DNA of 64,000 bases, taken from a virus. Positions 53,499 to 63,352 of this stretch are shown here, piece after piece. Below the pieces are notes generated by a model that did not search any database, was not told the origin of the DNA, and was given only the letters and a program-made list of their open reading frames with translations. Position 1 is the first letter of the stretch. Each line of letters begins with the position of its first letter. The position numbers were made by a program, and so were the translations under genes. The stretch is from IMG/VR virus record IMGVR_UViG_3300008952_000006, positions 109,035-173,034 of that record; one strand, 5' to 3'.

Positions 53499-53708
53499 TT
53501 ACTTAGATGCTTTCACAATATTTTTCAATGACACACCCTTAGTAACAAGAAGAGTCTTCTTGTTTGAGCCCAAACCAAAAGTTTCTTCAACTAAAGCTGT
53601 GTCATTATCCATAATAAGCATATCAGGATTACCCTCATCAGGGGAGCCCTGATCGGGCAATTCCTCATTAAGCTGTGCGTCTACTGGTGTTTGTAATTGT
53701 GAAGTCAC
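53499..53708 (-). CDS. Hypothetical protein
   Basis: GTGA overlap with the hub gene stop; GAGGAG RBS. Confidence 0.55.
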   Translation of the reverse strand: MTSQLQTPVDAQLNEELPDQGSPDEGNPDMLIMDNDTALVEETFGLGSNKKTLLVTKGVSLKNIVKASK

Positions 53709-56700
53709 CCGGTCTCCTCAAGGTCAGCGATGTGACTATCGTCATATGTCCCACCTATGTTTCTAAAACCCTGGCTTCGCAGGGCATTAACGTATGATAC
53801 AACTCTTTGATATCTTAACGAGCGAGGGTCCAGCTTGCTGTCAATGGGCCTCGCGGGCACTGATGGCTCGTCAGTCAATCTGGTTAAGGTCTCAGCAATT
53901 AATGGTTTGCCGTCCACCCCAATAAAATTAGTATAGTCCCCGTAGGCATCGCCATGAAACCCACGTGTAAACACAGGCTTACCAGCGTCATCTACACGGT
54001 CGCCCCCGTACTGCCAAGGGCCTTTGAGTCCCTCTGAGCTAAAGTCCGTCTTTATCTTTAGATAGGGGTTCTGGTTCCCCATTACGTCTAATAATGTCGC
54101 GAACTTTCTGTCTACATACCCATCGATAAACTTGTCTGTATTAGCGCCAATCTCTTTTAGGGCCAGCCAAACATCAGCAAGCTGGTCTGCTGCGCCAGCA
54201 GCGGAAGCGGATGCTGTTGTTAAATCGAGGGGGATTCGGATCTCCTTGTACTCTGTTCCTCCCTGAACGGAAAAAGGAACCGCTACAGTTGTCCCAAGTT
54301 GGAAGTCCTCGTTCTGCGGGTAATCATCTGCACTCACCCCGCTTACAAACTTGATTGGGGGGTCGTCCACAATAGAGTTGCAGCCATACATTTTCTGGTA
54401 ATACTTTGGCCCGATATTCTTTGGGTTGTATATATTGGAAAACCAGGGGGGTAATACACTGGCCTCCCAGGTAAACTTGACATCATGAGACTTTGTGCTG
54501 GAGGAGCGGTAGTCCACAGTAACCCAAACTTCTGGGTACTGAAGGCTCTGGTCTGGTAGAGGGGAGTCTTTGGTTGGTAAATCATCTATTAAGTTCGCCC
54601 CACTGGCAAAGGACCAGCCGTCGTAACCATCTCCGTCCACAGCCCTGACCCGATACTTCAGCTTGGGGTTGTATCTGTCCCCTAAAATCCTTTCTGGGGC
54701 GTCTGCGTTATCAGTGTCAGCCACCAACCTCCCAGAGGCTGTCTTGGACACGACAAGGGTCGTAAACTTGCCTAGGGGCTTCCAAGATGTCTTAGTCTGA
54801 GATCGTTTAGCGTTTATTAGTCCGTCGTCATCCGGCTCCCCAAATAAGCCCGCTGTTTCATTGTGCTCGCGACACTTCACGAGAGATATCAAGGTCTGCG
54901 CTCCGCCCGCCACATCAATCACGTGTGTTATCCCTGCAACCATACCTATATAATGGGTTCCTTTTGGCGGCATAAGCCCAGCGAGCCCAGAACCACCATC
55001 CGTAGATTCAAGGGGTTGAGGCTCATTGGCTGTAATCGAGTAAACGTTATTCCCATCCGGGTCAGCAACGGGGGGAGAGTCTTCGTCCCCTGTCCAAGCC
55101 AAAATGCTACTCTTTGCCTTCAAGGGGTCTAAAACCAGCGCGGGCATGCCTACAACGATCTGCGGAGAGTATTTACAAGTCACTTCCATTGTTCGGGTGC
55201 TGTATCTAGCGGAAACAAACATATAGTTAGCTGCCCGCTGGAGGTGGGGTTGGGGCGAGAACTTAGCCTCACCACTAAACTCCACGTCATCGAACGGTTG
55301 CGTACGCTTGCCTGCATCGATTTCCTGTTGGGCGACCTTCCGTGCTTCCGCAAGACCCTTTGTATGCAGCGTTTTAAATATGTCTGCGTCACCCAGGCCA
55401 ACAATGGAGGGAATAATCCCTGTCCATTTCTCGTGGTTCATTAAAAATGATGCGCCTTTCTTGACTGCTTGGTCGGCGCTTGTATTAGAAGGGCCACCCA
55501 GAATGGCAGAATTTGGTGAGAAGTAGCAGTCCTTCTTGTTTCTGCCGCTTTCTGTCCTTCCGTGTAGCCACAGCCGAGTAATCTCACTCATCCAGTTACG
55601 GCTAAAAGAGATAGACTGGATGTGATCGGGGAATAAAACATTACATTTAGGCGGCGGGACCATGAATAAATCAGGGTGGAAAAACGTAGTCAGGAGTCGA
55701 TCTCGTAACTCTACCGCAGTACGCTTAGTCTTGTAGGTCTTGCCCGTAAGGGAATTTAACATCCCGAGAGCTTCTTCTAGTAGTTTACGGATTTCGTAAT
55801 ATGTTTCGCGGTTATGCCGCAGTATGGTGGCGTTTTCAAGAGCCGCATCAGCATTGTAAAGCGCCGTCTTGCTTATAAATTTAATCTTGCGGTACGCCTC
55901 GTACATGCCTGCAGCCAAATTCCGAGCCTCTTCAGCTTTCTGATATATCTGCTGTACTTTATCGGCGCGTTTTTCCCAGTACACGTTGTTTGTGTCAACG
56001 CTTTTCTTCATCAAAGCGTCGTACCGCTTATTGCCTTCGATAAATAGCGGGCCCTTCTCGGAAAACCCATGTTTAAACCACTCAGTGTTTGACCCTATCC
56101 CACTAGACATGATGCCGTCTTTTATATTCAAGTCATCAAAGGCTTTATGGGTTGCTACATCAATGGCCCCATTTTTCTCGTAGAGCATAAAGTCTCTCTC
56201 GAACGCAATGGAGACTTCCCCGCGCCGCTTCTTCGTGTCCGACGTCTGTTTATTGGCAAGCTCGTAGGTTTTCTGGAGGGCGTTCTCTAGATTGTAAAGG
56301 TAGTCACCCTTCTTGAATTTCCCACCACCAGTCGCAACAGCAACATCAGAGTAGACAGTATCCCCATCGGAAAAGTAAGGGGGAGCCGATTGGGAGTTCC
56401 AAACGTGGTAGATCTTCCCCATGAGCATATTTAAAAACTGTATGAAGGTCGCTGTGTACGTAGCTTGTTTAGAAACACGTAATAAGTACTTCTTAAAAGA
56501 CTTGCTTGCTGTAAATGTGGCTGAGGTGTCGTCTTCGGAAGACGCTCCGACCTGCCTTGTTAACTTAAGACGGACCTCTGCTTGGCTCATGAAGTCGTTA
56601 CACCCAAGAAACTTCTTATCTGCGTCTGGAGAGAAACACCCCGTAGCAGACTCGAGAAGAGAAAAGATCCCCCCGAGCAAGCCGGGTACGTTTGGCATAG

Positions 56701-57295
56701 ACGAAGGTTTGTTCTGCAGCAAGTAAAGGAGGTCTTTTGAGTCGTCTACCTTGCTTGTTCCCCGGTAGAGCTGGGTCGCGCCAGAAAAAATAGCAGTTTT
56801 ATAAGCATTGAACACACTCGAAGACTTCTTTCCCCAATAAAGACGGCAGTTAGCCCAGTAACTAGTGTGGTCACGGCACCCGAGGAGAATCTCGCGGCGG
56901 CTACCAACCTTTTTGAAGCTGTACCCCATCACTTCCCCAACAAAGAGGAGCTTCCAGTTTCGCCAGTCGTTCTTATCCGTTAATAGGACACTCTCACCGG
57001 CCTCTTGTGCCGCAGCCTGTTGGTCTGGCGTTGGTCTTTTTTGGGAGCCGTAGGCCCGTTCATCGCGGTCGTTGAGTCCATGCTGGGTGCCAAGCTCGTA
57101 ACGGGAGTCAAAGTAGAACACATGTACAAGAGTTCGAGGCAGGATCTTGTGGACCTCATCTACAGCTGGGATAGTTAGCGTAGCCGTACCAGAGACGTTC
57201 ACTCCGCAAGAGACCTTTACGGAGGTGACATCTACCTCAACCCCCTCTAAAAAGAGACGGACGCCTAGGTATCTTCCCTGTACGCGACTATCCAT
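53705..57295 (-). CDS. Baseplate hub-like (gp27/GpD-like) tail protein
   Basis: VRLFLEGVEV...ATLTIP...LFVGEV...LGCRD N-terminus; R...V...YSPQIVVGMP...YIGMVAGITH....QTLISL C-terminal hub pattern. Confidence 0.65.
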   Translation of the reverse strand: MDSRVQGRYLGVRLFLEGVEVDVTSVKVSCGVNVSGTATLTIPAVDEVHKILPRTLVHVFYFDSRYELGTQHGLNDRDERAYGSQKRPTPDQQAAAQEAGESVLLTDKNDWRNWKLLFVGEVMGYSFKKVGSRREILLGCRDHTSYWANCRLYWGKKSSSVFNAYKTAIFSGATQLYRGTSKVDDSKDLLYLLQNKPSSMPNVPGLLGGIFSLLESATGCFSPDADKKFLGCNDFMSQAEVRLKLTRQVGASSEDDTSATFTASKSFKKYLLRVSKQATYTATFIQFLNMLMGKIYHVWNSQSAPPYFSDGDTVYSDVAVATGGGKFKKGDYLYNLENALQKTYELANKQTSDTKKRRGEVSIAFERDFMLYEKNGAIDVATHKAFDDLNIKDGIMSSGIGSNTEWFKHGFSEKGPLFIEGNKRYDALMKKSVDTNNVYWEKRADKVQQIYQKAEEARNLAAGMYEAYRKIKFISKTALYNADAALENATILRHNRETYYEIRKLLEEALGMLNSLTGKTYKTKRTAVELRDRLLTTFFHPDLFMVPPPKCNVLFPDHIQSISFSRNWMSEITRLWLHGRTESGRNKKDCYFSPNSAILGGPSNTSADQAVKKGASFLMNHEKWTGIIPSIVGLGDADIFKTLHTKGLAEARKVAQQEIDAGKRTQPFDDVEFSGEAKFSPQPHLQRAANYMFVSARYSTRTMEVTCKYSPQIVVGMPALVLDPLKAKSSILAWTGDEDSPPVADPDGNNVYSITANEPQPLESTDGGSGLAGLMPPKGTHYIGMVAGITHVIDVAGGAQTLISLVKCREHNETAGLFGEPDDDGLINAKRSQTKTSWKPLGKFTTLVVSKTASGRLVADTDNADAPERILGDRYNPKLKYRVRAVDGDGYDGWSFASGANLIDDLPTKDSPLPDQSLQYPEVWVTVDYRSSSTKSHDVKFTWEASVLPPWFSNIYNPKNIGPKYYQKMYGCNSIVDDPPIKFVSGVSADDYPQNEDFQLGTTVAVPFSVQGGTEYKEIRIPLDLTTASASAAGAADQLADVWLALKEIGANTDKFIDGYVDRKFATLLDVMGNQNPYLKIKTDFSSEGLKGPWQYGGDRVDDAGKPVFTRGFHGDAYGDYTNFIGVDGKPLIAETLTRLTDEPSVPARPIDSKLDPRSLRYQRVVSYVNALRSQGFRNIGGTYDDSHIADLEETG

Positions 57296-57297
57296 GA

Positions 57298-57699
57298 CTA
57301 CTGCCCCGGGGCCATTTGGGCGGCGTCATAACTCGGCATCTTGCCCCTAACTTTTGTGGGGACCCTTTCCCTTATCGCAGGAGCTGCTGGGAGCGTTGGG
57401 AGGCTTGCAGAAGTGCTGCGGGCTCGAGGTGTTTCGTGAGTCAGTAAGAATTGGATGACCTTGTTCTGCAAGGCGATAGATTGCTCGAGGGTGCCAATCC
57501 TGGCGGCTAACTCATCTACATCTTCTGTAATATTCCACATAGCGCCTTGAACAGCGTCGTAGCCCTTTCTATTGGCCTTCTCGCTCTCCACAATAGCGCC
57601 TTCATTGGGTGTGTACCGGTTTATCACCGCAGTACCAAAACCAGCAAAGGCCGTTATTAGTGCTAATATTATTGCTGTAGTGTTTTTATCAAATTTCAT
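57298..57699 (-). CDS. Membrane-anchored protein (N-terminal TM + coiled coil), possibly lysis-related
   Basis: TAIILALITAFAGFGTAVI TM segment, heptad-like stretch VDELAARIGTLEQSIALQN; lysis role is unproven. Confidence 0.5.
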   Translation of the reverse strand: MKFDKNTTAIILALITAFAGFGTAVINRYTPNEGAIVESEKANRKGYDAVQGAMWNITEDVDELAARIGTLEQSIALQNKVIQFLLTHETPRARSTSASLPTLPAAPAIRERVPTKVRGKMPSYDAAQMAPGQ

Positions 57700-57704
57700 G
57701 CAGG

Positions 57705-59222
57705 TTACTCGTCAAGGCTAAAGGTTTCCGATTGCTGTAAGGCGGAATCAACCGGGCCAAGATGTACCATAGTAGCAGTAGTAGGACTAGCGGATCGGAA
57801 TACCGAGCTATTTTTACCATAGCCAACACCGCTTTCGTTTAACGCCCCGATCCCTAAACCATAAATAACACGGTCTAAGCTGCCAACCTTGAGGGCGTCG
57901 AGCATATTAAACTTTTTAGAAGGGTCACCAATCCAGTTAGCGCTAGTTTCACCGGGAACGGCTGTGCCGCCGCGATATCTTGCGGCTTTGGCCGAGCTGC
58001 CCTTGTCCATCCTGCCCACAATCTGACCAATATAACCAAACCACTGGTTAATCTCCCCGTGCTGGAACCCTGCTAAATCCTCTGCTGCGGTGACTGCATG
58101 GTTAGTCCAGTACTTTGTGGTTTGCCATGCGAGAGAGGTTGTATAGCTATTTAAGAAAGTCATGGCTGCTGCGTCAGACTGCAGTAGGGCGTAAGCCCCC
58201 TGCTTGGCCGCTGCGGCTGCCCCTGCTGCGGTCTTCCCCACAAAAGAGGAGAAAGCGGGGTTTGCCGCACCGCCAGCTTGTTTGGCAGCAGCGTTACCGA
58301 CGATGCCCAGACCGTACGCGCCAAGGTACTCGATAACACGATTACGCCGGTCTACAGTCTCCCTTGTCGCAACTAGGTCTAAGTCAAAACCACCCCGAAT
58401 CGTGGCGATCTTAGCGCTCTTGTTTAGCAAGAAATTGCTCTGTGCCGCAGTATTAATGTAGTTAGTTACATAAAAAGTAAATTGGAAGGTCATGGCGTTG
58501 GGGCTGTCCGATAGCTCCGCTGCTGCTGCGTTAATAGGATAACCTTCAACAATAATGTCGTCCCACCCAATGTACACACGCGCATTACGCTCAATAAGTT
58601 TAGTAGCACGAAAAAACTTATCCCAGTTCTCCCAAAACACAGCGCGCCAATTATAGTCCGCAGTGTTCATCAAGATGCCACGGAACTCCAAGGCTCTGGG
58701 CCTCTCCCCAAAAGCATATATGTAGGTATCACCAAAAGTCTCGACCACTTGCGTCTTCTCTATGCGCTGCTCACGGACAGACTGTAAAATCCAATCCGTC
58801 CAAGCGGTGGATGCGGGCGCGCCTGATGCATTGTCTGTAGCATCGTCACTAGCCGATGGTTGGAGGAGCCCCGAGGGGTCCGCGCCGCTCAAAAGGCCAT
58901 TTGAGTCTCTTAGGGCCGGGTCGGTAAACGGGCTCGTTCCGATGTCTGTCCCAAGCTTGTTGAAAACCATAACTGGTGTTCCATCTTCTCTGAGAACCTG
59001 TACAAAGGCGTGTGTGTTTGGCTTGGCGGTGATGCCCCGTGTTGGTCGGGAAACCTCTGCGATGTCATCGAAGTTCGCGCGTTGTGATTGAGCAAGCTGC
59101 TTGTCCGCGTACTCTTGCTTTGAACGACCTTGAGCCCTGTAGTCGGGAATGTAACTGGCGACCTCTTCCCCTTTACCGATAAAGGCGTCTGGTTCCACAA
59201 GGCAAAGTGCTTTTGATGACAT
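57705..59222 (-). CDS. Tail tube-like/baseplate tube-initiator protein
   Basis: WILQSVREQRIEKTQVVETFGDTYIYAFGERPRALEFRGIL...IVEGY...FQFTFYV; upstream of the hub gene. Confidence 0.55.
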   Translation of the reverse strand: MSSKALCLVEPDAFIGKGEEVASYIPDYRAQGRSKQEYADKQLAQSQRANFDDIAEVSRPTRGITAKPNTHAFVQVLREDGTPVMVFNKLGTDIGTSPFTDPALRDSNGLLSGADPSGLLQPSASDDATDNASGAPASTAWTDWILQSVREQRIEKTQVVETFGDTYIYAFGERPRALEFRGILMNTADYNWRAVFWENWDKFFRATKLIERNARVYIGWDDIIVEGYPINAAAAELSDSPNAMTFQFTFYVTNYINTAAQSNFLLNKSAKIATIRGGFDLDLVATRETVDRRNRVIEYLGAYGLGIVGNAAAKQAGGAANPAFSSFVGKTAAGAAAAAKQGAYALLQSDAAAMTFLNSYTTSLAWQTTKYWTNHAVTAAEDLAGFQHGEINQWFGYIGQIVGRMDKGSSAKAARYRGGTAVPGETSANWIGDPSKKFNMLDALKVGSLDRVIYGLGIGALNESGVGYGKNSSVFRSASPTTATMVHLGPVDSALQQSETFSLDE

Positions 59223-59223
59223 G

Positions 59224-59445
59224 CTACTCCTCCGATTGGCCCGCCATCGCTCGTGCGGCGGACAACCCTAGTGATGGCCCGTCAGGGCCGAAGATATCAC
59301 TAGTAATAATACGCCGTGAGGGGACAATATCGGAGTCTTCCTCTATAAAAGATTCCGGGTTGACCACTTCGCCCTTAGCGAGTCCTACCCCGCCCTGAAT
59401 TAATTCCATCTCATCACGCATAGCTGCAAGTATTTCGGCATTCAT
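59224..59445 (-). CDS. Small acidic hypothetical protein
   Basis: AGGA RBS; N-terminus MNAEILAAMRDEMELI. Confidence 0.55.
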   Translation of the reverse strand: MNAEILAAMRDEMELIQGGVGLAKGEVVNPESFIEEDSDIVPSRRIITSDIFGPDGPSLGLSAARAMAGQSEE

Positions 59446-59461
59446 AGTAATTTATCCTATG

Positions 59462-61375
59462 TTATTTAAGAGCCCCCGGGCCCATTAAGATTGGTCCGCC
59501 TTTTACGGGTAGAAATGCCCCGACCAGCGCCATTCGATCCGTGATCGCCGTGATGGCCGTCACTCGGTTTTTCTCTATAATCTCCACCATAAGAAGGAAC
59601 TGCAGCAGTGGGTCGTAATTACCGCTCTCTAGCTCTATTTTTAGCTGCGCAACACTGAGACCGAGCACCATATTGATGGCATCCGTAATTGGTGGGGGAA
59701 GGTGTGGGCGCGGATCCTCTGGCACTTTCTTCCCCCCTCCTTCCTCAGGGTCTACAAAAACAAAATCTTCTGGCAAGGCGAGCCTAAGTGCGCCAATAAT
59801 AGTATTATTGTCTTCTCGAAGCTCCGTAGTGTCATCGAAGTCGTCAGCAACAAATGCCCACGTAACAGTTACTGCGGGGCCTCCAGCCAAACCACCAGCA
59901 AAGTGAGCCCAATTGCTTGTGTCTATAGCAACCACGTGGCTCTCACCAGCTTTAAGGGACGGTATAACGACGGCGTCGTACGGGGCTTCCTCAAAAGCTA
60001 CGGTGCTTTCCTCTGGAATAAGTAGGAGGGGGGCCACTAGCTCCATGTTTATCCAGACAGCATGCCAGTCAAAGCCGTCAAAGCCTTCGGAGTCTACTGT
60101 CCCAACATTTGTGATCGTAACCTTGACAACAGGGGCTTCGTAACCCTCGAGGTCCACATACTCAAAATCACAGGTTAAATCAGGACCGAAAATCGGCTTC
60201 TTGTCCCGTTCCAGGTGACTCAAGAGGAAAGCAGGGAGAATGGGCTCCGCGACTGTTTTAGGAGCCGCTTTCGCAGCAAGAACGCCTTCGAACATCTCCT
60301 GTAAGCCCTCTTTGGTAGTGGAATCGGTCACGGCAATTCCGAGCCTCTTCATTACATTACGCATCTTTAAAGAGAACGTGTCAGCACTGACTGGTTTATC
60401 CACGGGCGTGTAGGTTGGTAATACAGGTTGTGTGCGCGTGGGCACGCTTTTCTTGTCTCTTTTTAGCCCTGTCCCGTGAATGTGAGCAGACCGGCCCTTT
60501 AGTAAGAGGAGGAAGTCTGCATACTCATCATTACTTAGCCCATAAAAGGCAGCCCGATCACTGTCGGTGGGGGGACTGTCGCCCTTAGGAAAAGGTATCT
60601 TCCCGAAAGGTACACCAGGATAGTTATCAGAAAGGTGCTTCTGGACCTTTTGAATGTTTAGTGGTGACGGTAACCTTTTCTGGGTGAGCCACTGATAGTC
60701 ATTAGTAGTAATCTCGCCGTTCGCAACTGCAGATAAAGCTAGGATGCCTAATTCCACTTTAGAAAACGCTAATTCTGTTCGGTAACTATGGTGGCTCCGC
60801 GCACCATCCTCGGTTAAAGCGGCTACCAATGTTGCGCGCTCCGCGCTGTACCCAGCAGATAAAGAAGTGATTACATCCTTTGAGCCAGACAAGCTTAGTA
60901 GCGCTTTTGCGTCCCCGTAGGTGATGTGGAGCTTAGCGTTAAGGCCTGCCCCGATAGCGGCCACAAGTGGGTCTTTAGCCTCTAGCCCGAGTCCCTCTAA
61001 GGCAGCCGGGAATACTCCAGGCCCTAATGGAGTCGAGTCCGGGATAACCGGCCCGCTAGGAGGGGGATCTTTTGGTTTGCCCCCCACGCTCAACGTAAAG
61101 CTACCGCCAGCCGCTGCGCCCCCGGCCTCCGCCAAAACTTCACCGGTATCGTCACGAACCATAACGAAAGACGATTCATTAATAAAATCCCCCTCGCCAA
61201 AGGTCCAGGCGTAAGTGCCTGTGGCCAACTCAAAAGAATCCGACCCCGTACCACCCGCCTCCAGAGTGTGGGCAGCGACCTCTACCCCACCAGAATCAAA
61301 GACACGGACATACTGGCCTTGCCAGCCATCGTCGAAGGCGTCCGTTTCGTTGATGGTAACGGTTATTTTTGGCAT
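59462..61375 (-). CDS. Multidomain protein with CARDB Ig-like domain
   Basis: GPDLT...VKVTITNVGT.DS...SLKAGESHVV...ADDFDDTTELREDNNT is a CARDB signature; N-terminal DAFDDGWQG beta domain; C-terminal small helical domain. Confidence 0.7.
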   Translation of the reverse strand: MPKITVTINETDAFDDGWQGQYVRVFDSGGVEVAAHTLEAGGTGSDSFELATGTYAWTFGEGDFINESSFVMVRDDTGEVLAEAGGAAAGGSFTLSVGGKPKDPPPSGPVIPDSTPLGPGVFPAALEGLGLEAKDPLVAAIGAGLNAKLHITYGDAKALLSLSGSKDVITSLSAGYSAERATLVAALTEDGARSHHSYRTELAFSKVELGILALSAVANGEITTNDYQWLTQKRLPSPLNIQKVQKHLSDNYPGVPFGKIPFPKGDSPPTDSDRAAFYGLSNDEYADFLLLLKGRSAHIHGTGLKRDKKSVPTRTQPVLPTYTPVDKPVSADTFSLKMRNVMKRLGIAVTDSTTKEGLQEMFEGVLAAKAAPKTVAEPILPAFLLSHLERDKKPIFGPDLTCDFEYVDLEGYEAPVVKVTITNVGTVDSEGFDGFDWHAVWINMELVAPLLLIPEESTVAFEEAPYDAVVIPSLKAGESHVVAIDTSNWAHFAGGLAGGPAVTVTWAFVADDFDDTTELREDNNTIIGALRLALPEDFVFVDPEEGGGKKVPEDPRPHLPPPITDAINMVLGLSVAQLKIELESGNYDPLLQFLLMVEIIEKNRVTAITAITDRMALVGAFLPVKGGPILMGPGALK

Positions 61376-61385
61376 GCCTGATCCC

Positions 61386-61571
61386 CTATACGCTTAAACG
61401 CTCTTCTTGAACTTGCTTACGCAATTCTTTACATTGTGCGGCTACTGTCTGTAGTGTCTTTCGTACCCTACCACCAGCGGCGTTGTTGCCATTACCATGT
61501 TTTTTTGCGTCAACCAGTCCTTCGGTCAATAACGCGATCATATCATCAATTTGCTGTTCTGCTGTTTTCAT
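61386..61571 (-). CDS. Histone H1-like nucleoid protein (Hc1 family)
   Basis: DAKKHGNGNNAAGGRVRKTLQ...KELRKQV matches the Hc1-type pattern GNxAAGxRxRK...KExRK. Confidence 0.8.
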   Translation of the reverse strand: MKTAEQQIDDMIALLTEGLVDAKKHGNGNNAAGGRVRKTLQTVAAQCKELRKQVQEERLSV

Positions 61572-61573
61572 CT

Positions 61574-62590
61574 TTATTTCCTACCTTTCTTTTTCTTTGG
61601 TTCTTTAAAGTATTTAGACCCCCCAGGTATCAAACTTCGGTGATTCAACGATTGAGCCGTGGGTATAAATGTCGGGGGCGCTTTGCGGCCTGGATAGGCC
61701 GCTTCAAAAGAGCTGGTTTTCGGTACAGCATAATATGTGCCTAGCCGGGACCTATGAAAGTTATAGTTATCAGCTTGGCCCCCTAGCGCCTCTATCTTAG
61801 AGCCCAGGTGACCTAGATTGCTGCCACGGAAAACCCCGGGGGGTACACCGGGCTTGGGTGCGCCTGCGCCAACTTGATGTAGCTTTTCGTACGCCTTGTT
61901 CATCGCTACACCGCGAGCCGTGGTTTTTTCTGTGGGCTGCGGTCGAGTAGAGCTTACAACTCGGAAAGGCTGCTTCGTGGCAGGCTGCCCTATAGGTTGC
62001 TGGGGTGTCGCAATTGCTGCCTGCGACACAGGCTGGGTTGGTGTACTAATAGTCTGTGTTTGGGGCTGTGTTTGGGGCTGTGTTTGAGGAGCGGGCTTCG
62101 GGGCGGGCGTGACCGGTGTTTCGAGCTTAAGCGGGGGTGGTACATTCATCTTGCCCGTTGCTGAGACCTTTGGTGCTTTAAAATCCGCTGGTTTTGTTGT
62201 GGGGGGCGTGACAGGGGTAGCGGGTTTTGGGGCCGGGGTCGGCGTAGGCTTCGGGGTAACCGTTGGTGTGGCGGTTGTTGCCGTGGTGGTTGGTGGCTTA
62301 GCGGTAGTCGTTACAGCGGGCGGCTGGGCGTTTACTGGTGTAGTCCCCGTTGCGGGTTTCTTTGCGGGCTGCTTCTTTGGTTGTGGTTTAGGTAGATTGG
62401 CTGCCGCAGGGGATAGTGATGCGGGCTTAAGGTAAGGAGCCTTTCTATTAGGGTCGAGCAGTGGTAATCCTGCGGCGGTCTTCTCCAAGACACTATTAGT
62501 GATAATACTTTGAACATACTTGTCCGCTATCCTAGCCAGGGCGATCTTCTCGAACTCATCCTTAAAGGCGGCGAACATAACTTTATTCAT
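61574..62590 (-). CDS. Basic P/T/K-rich protein with tandem KxA leaders
   Basis: MNKVMFAAFKDEFEKIA...SVLEKTA; long low-complexity region; C-terminal KKKKGRK. Confidence 0.65.
   Translation of the reverse strand: MNKVMFAAFKDEFEKIALARIADKYVQSIITNSVLEKTAAGLPLLDPNRKAPYLKPASLSPAAANLPKPQPKKQPAKKPATGTTPVNAQPPAVTTTAKPPTTTATTATPTVTPKPTPTPAPKPATPVTPPTTKPADFKAPKVSATGKMNVPPPLKLETPVTPAPKPAPQTQPQTQPQTQTISTPTQPVSQAAIATPQQPIGQPATKQPFRVVSSTRPQPTEKTTARGVAMNKAYEKLHQVGAGAPKPGVPPGVFRGSNLGHLGSKIEALGGQADNYNFHRSRLGTYYAVPKTSSFEAAYPGRKAPPTFIPTAQSLNHRSLIPGGSKYFKEPKKKKGRK
62054..62086. repeat. 12-bp tandem repeat (CTGTGTTTGGGG x ~2.7) encoding PQTQ
   Basis: Seen directly in the sequence; in frame within 61574-62590. 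Confidence 0.85.
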
Positions 62591-62602
62591 TTCTGTTCCT
62601 CC

Positions 62603-63352
62603 TTACCATCCAGGCATCTTGTCCATTTTATTGCGAAGTAACTTTCCTTGCTCTTTTGTAATTCTTTTAAAAGACCTTGTCGTGGTAGTGCCGAAGAGGC
62701 TGAGAGGGAAGCCCTCCCTCTCTATGATCTTACGCATAGCCTTAGGTATCTTGGCTCCCGGTTGCATGAACTCGGCAGCCCTGGGACCAAAGCGATCTAC
62801 TAGTTGTTTCCGAAGAAGCGCGAATTCCGGCTCCCGTATAGACCCAAAGGATCTACGTGCTCCCCGAGACCCCGGACCAGACAAGCGGCTTAAAAGATTG
62901 AAGTCTTTAGCGAGAACAACAGGATTGGCATGAAGGGAGCCCATAGCAAGAGGGGCTGATCGTTCTGCAGATTCGTGAAGAGCCGTAATATCTCTTAGTG
63001 CCCGGACGCGCTTACGCCCAGCCGTGGGGTCAATCAGCTGCCCAACCTGGGGGTGCATAATAATAGTTCCAGGCTTCTTCCTGGCCACTATGGGAGCCAG
63101 CTCCTTGGCGATGTGTTCCGACACGCGCTTTCCTAGTACCCCCTGCTGGAACTTCTCCATCTTTTTACCAAGTGGGCTCCTAGTCTGACGCTTAGTTGGC
63201 AGAGCAAGGGCCCCAAACATATGGGTGACGGCATCTTCAGGCACTTCCCGCTTGACTAGTTGAGCGCCTGCCCGAAGTTGTGCCAATGTCGCGGCTACTT
63301 TAAGTTTGCCTGCAAGTTTCTTTTTTGCAATATGTCGCTCTAATACGTTCAT
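62603..63352 (-). CDS. Basic protein with KxA leader and HExxE motif
   Basis: MNVLERHIAKKKLAGKLKVA; ITALHESAERS...GSLHANP. Confidence 0.6.
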   Translation of the reverse strand: MNVLERHIAKKKLAGKLKVAATLAQLRAGAQLVKREVPEDAVTHMFGALALPTKRQTRSPLGKKMEKFQQGVLGKRVSEHIAKELAPIVARKKPGTIIMHPQVGQLIDPTAGRKRVRALRDITALHESAERSAPLAMGSLHANPVVLAKDFNLLSRLSGPGSRGARRSFGSIREPEFALLRKQLVDRFGPRAAEFMQPGAKIPKAMRKIIEREGFPLSLFGTTTTRSFKRITKEQGKLLRNKMDKMPGW

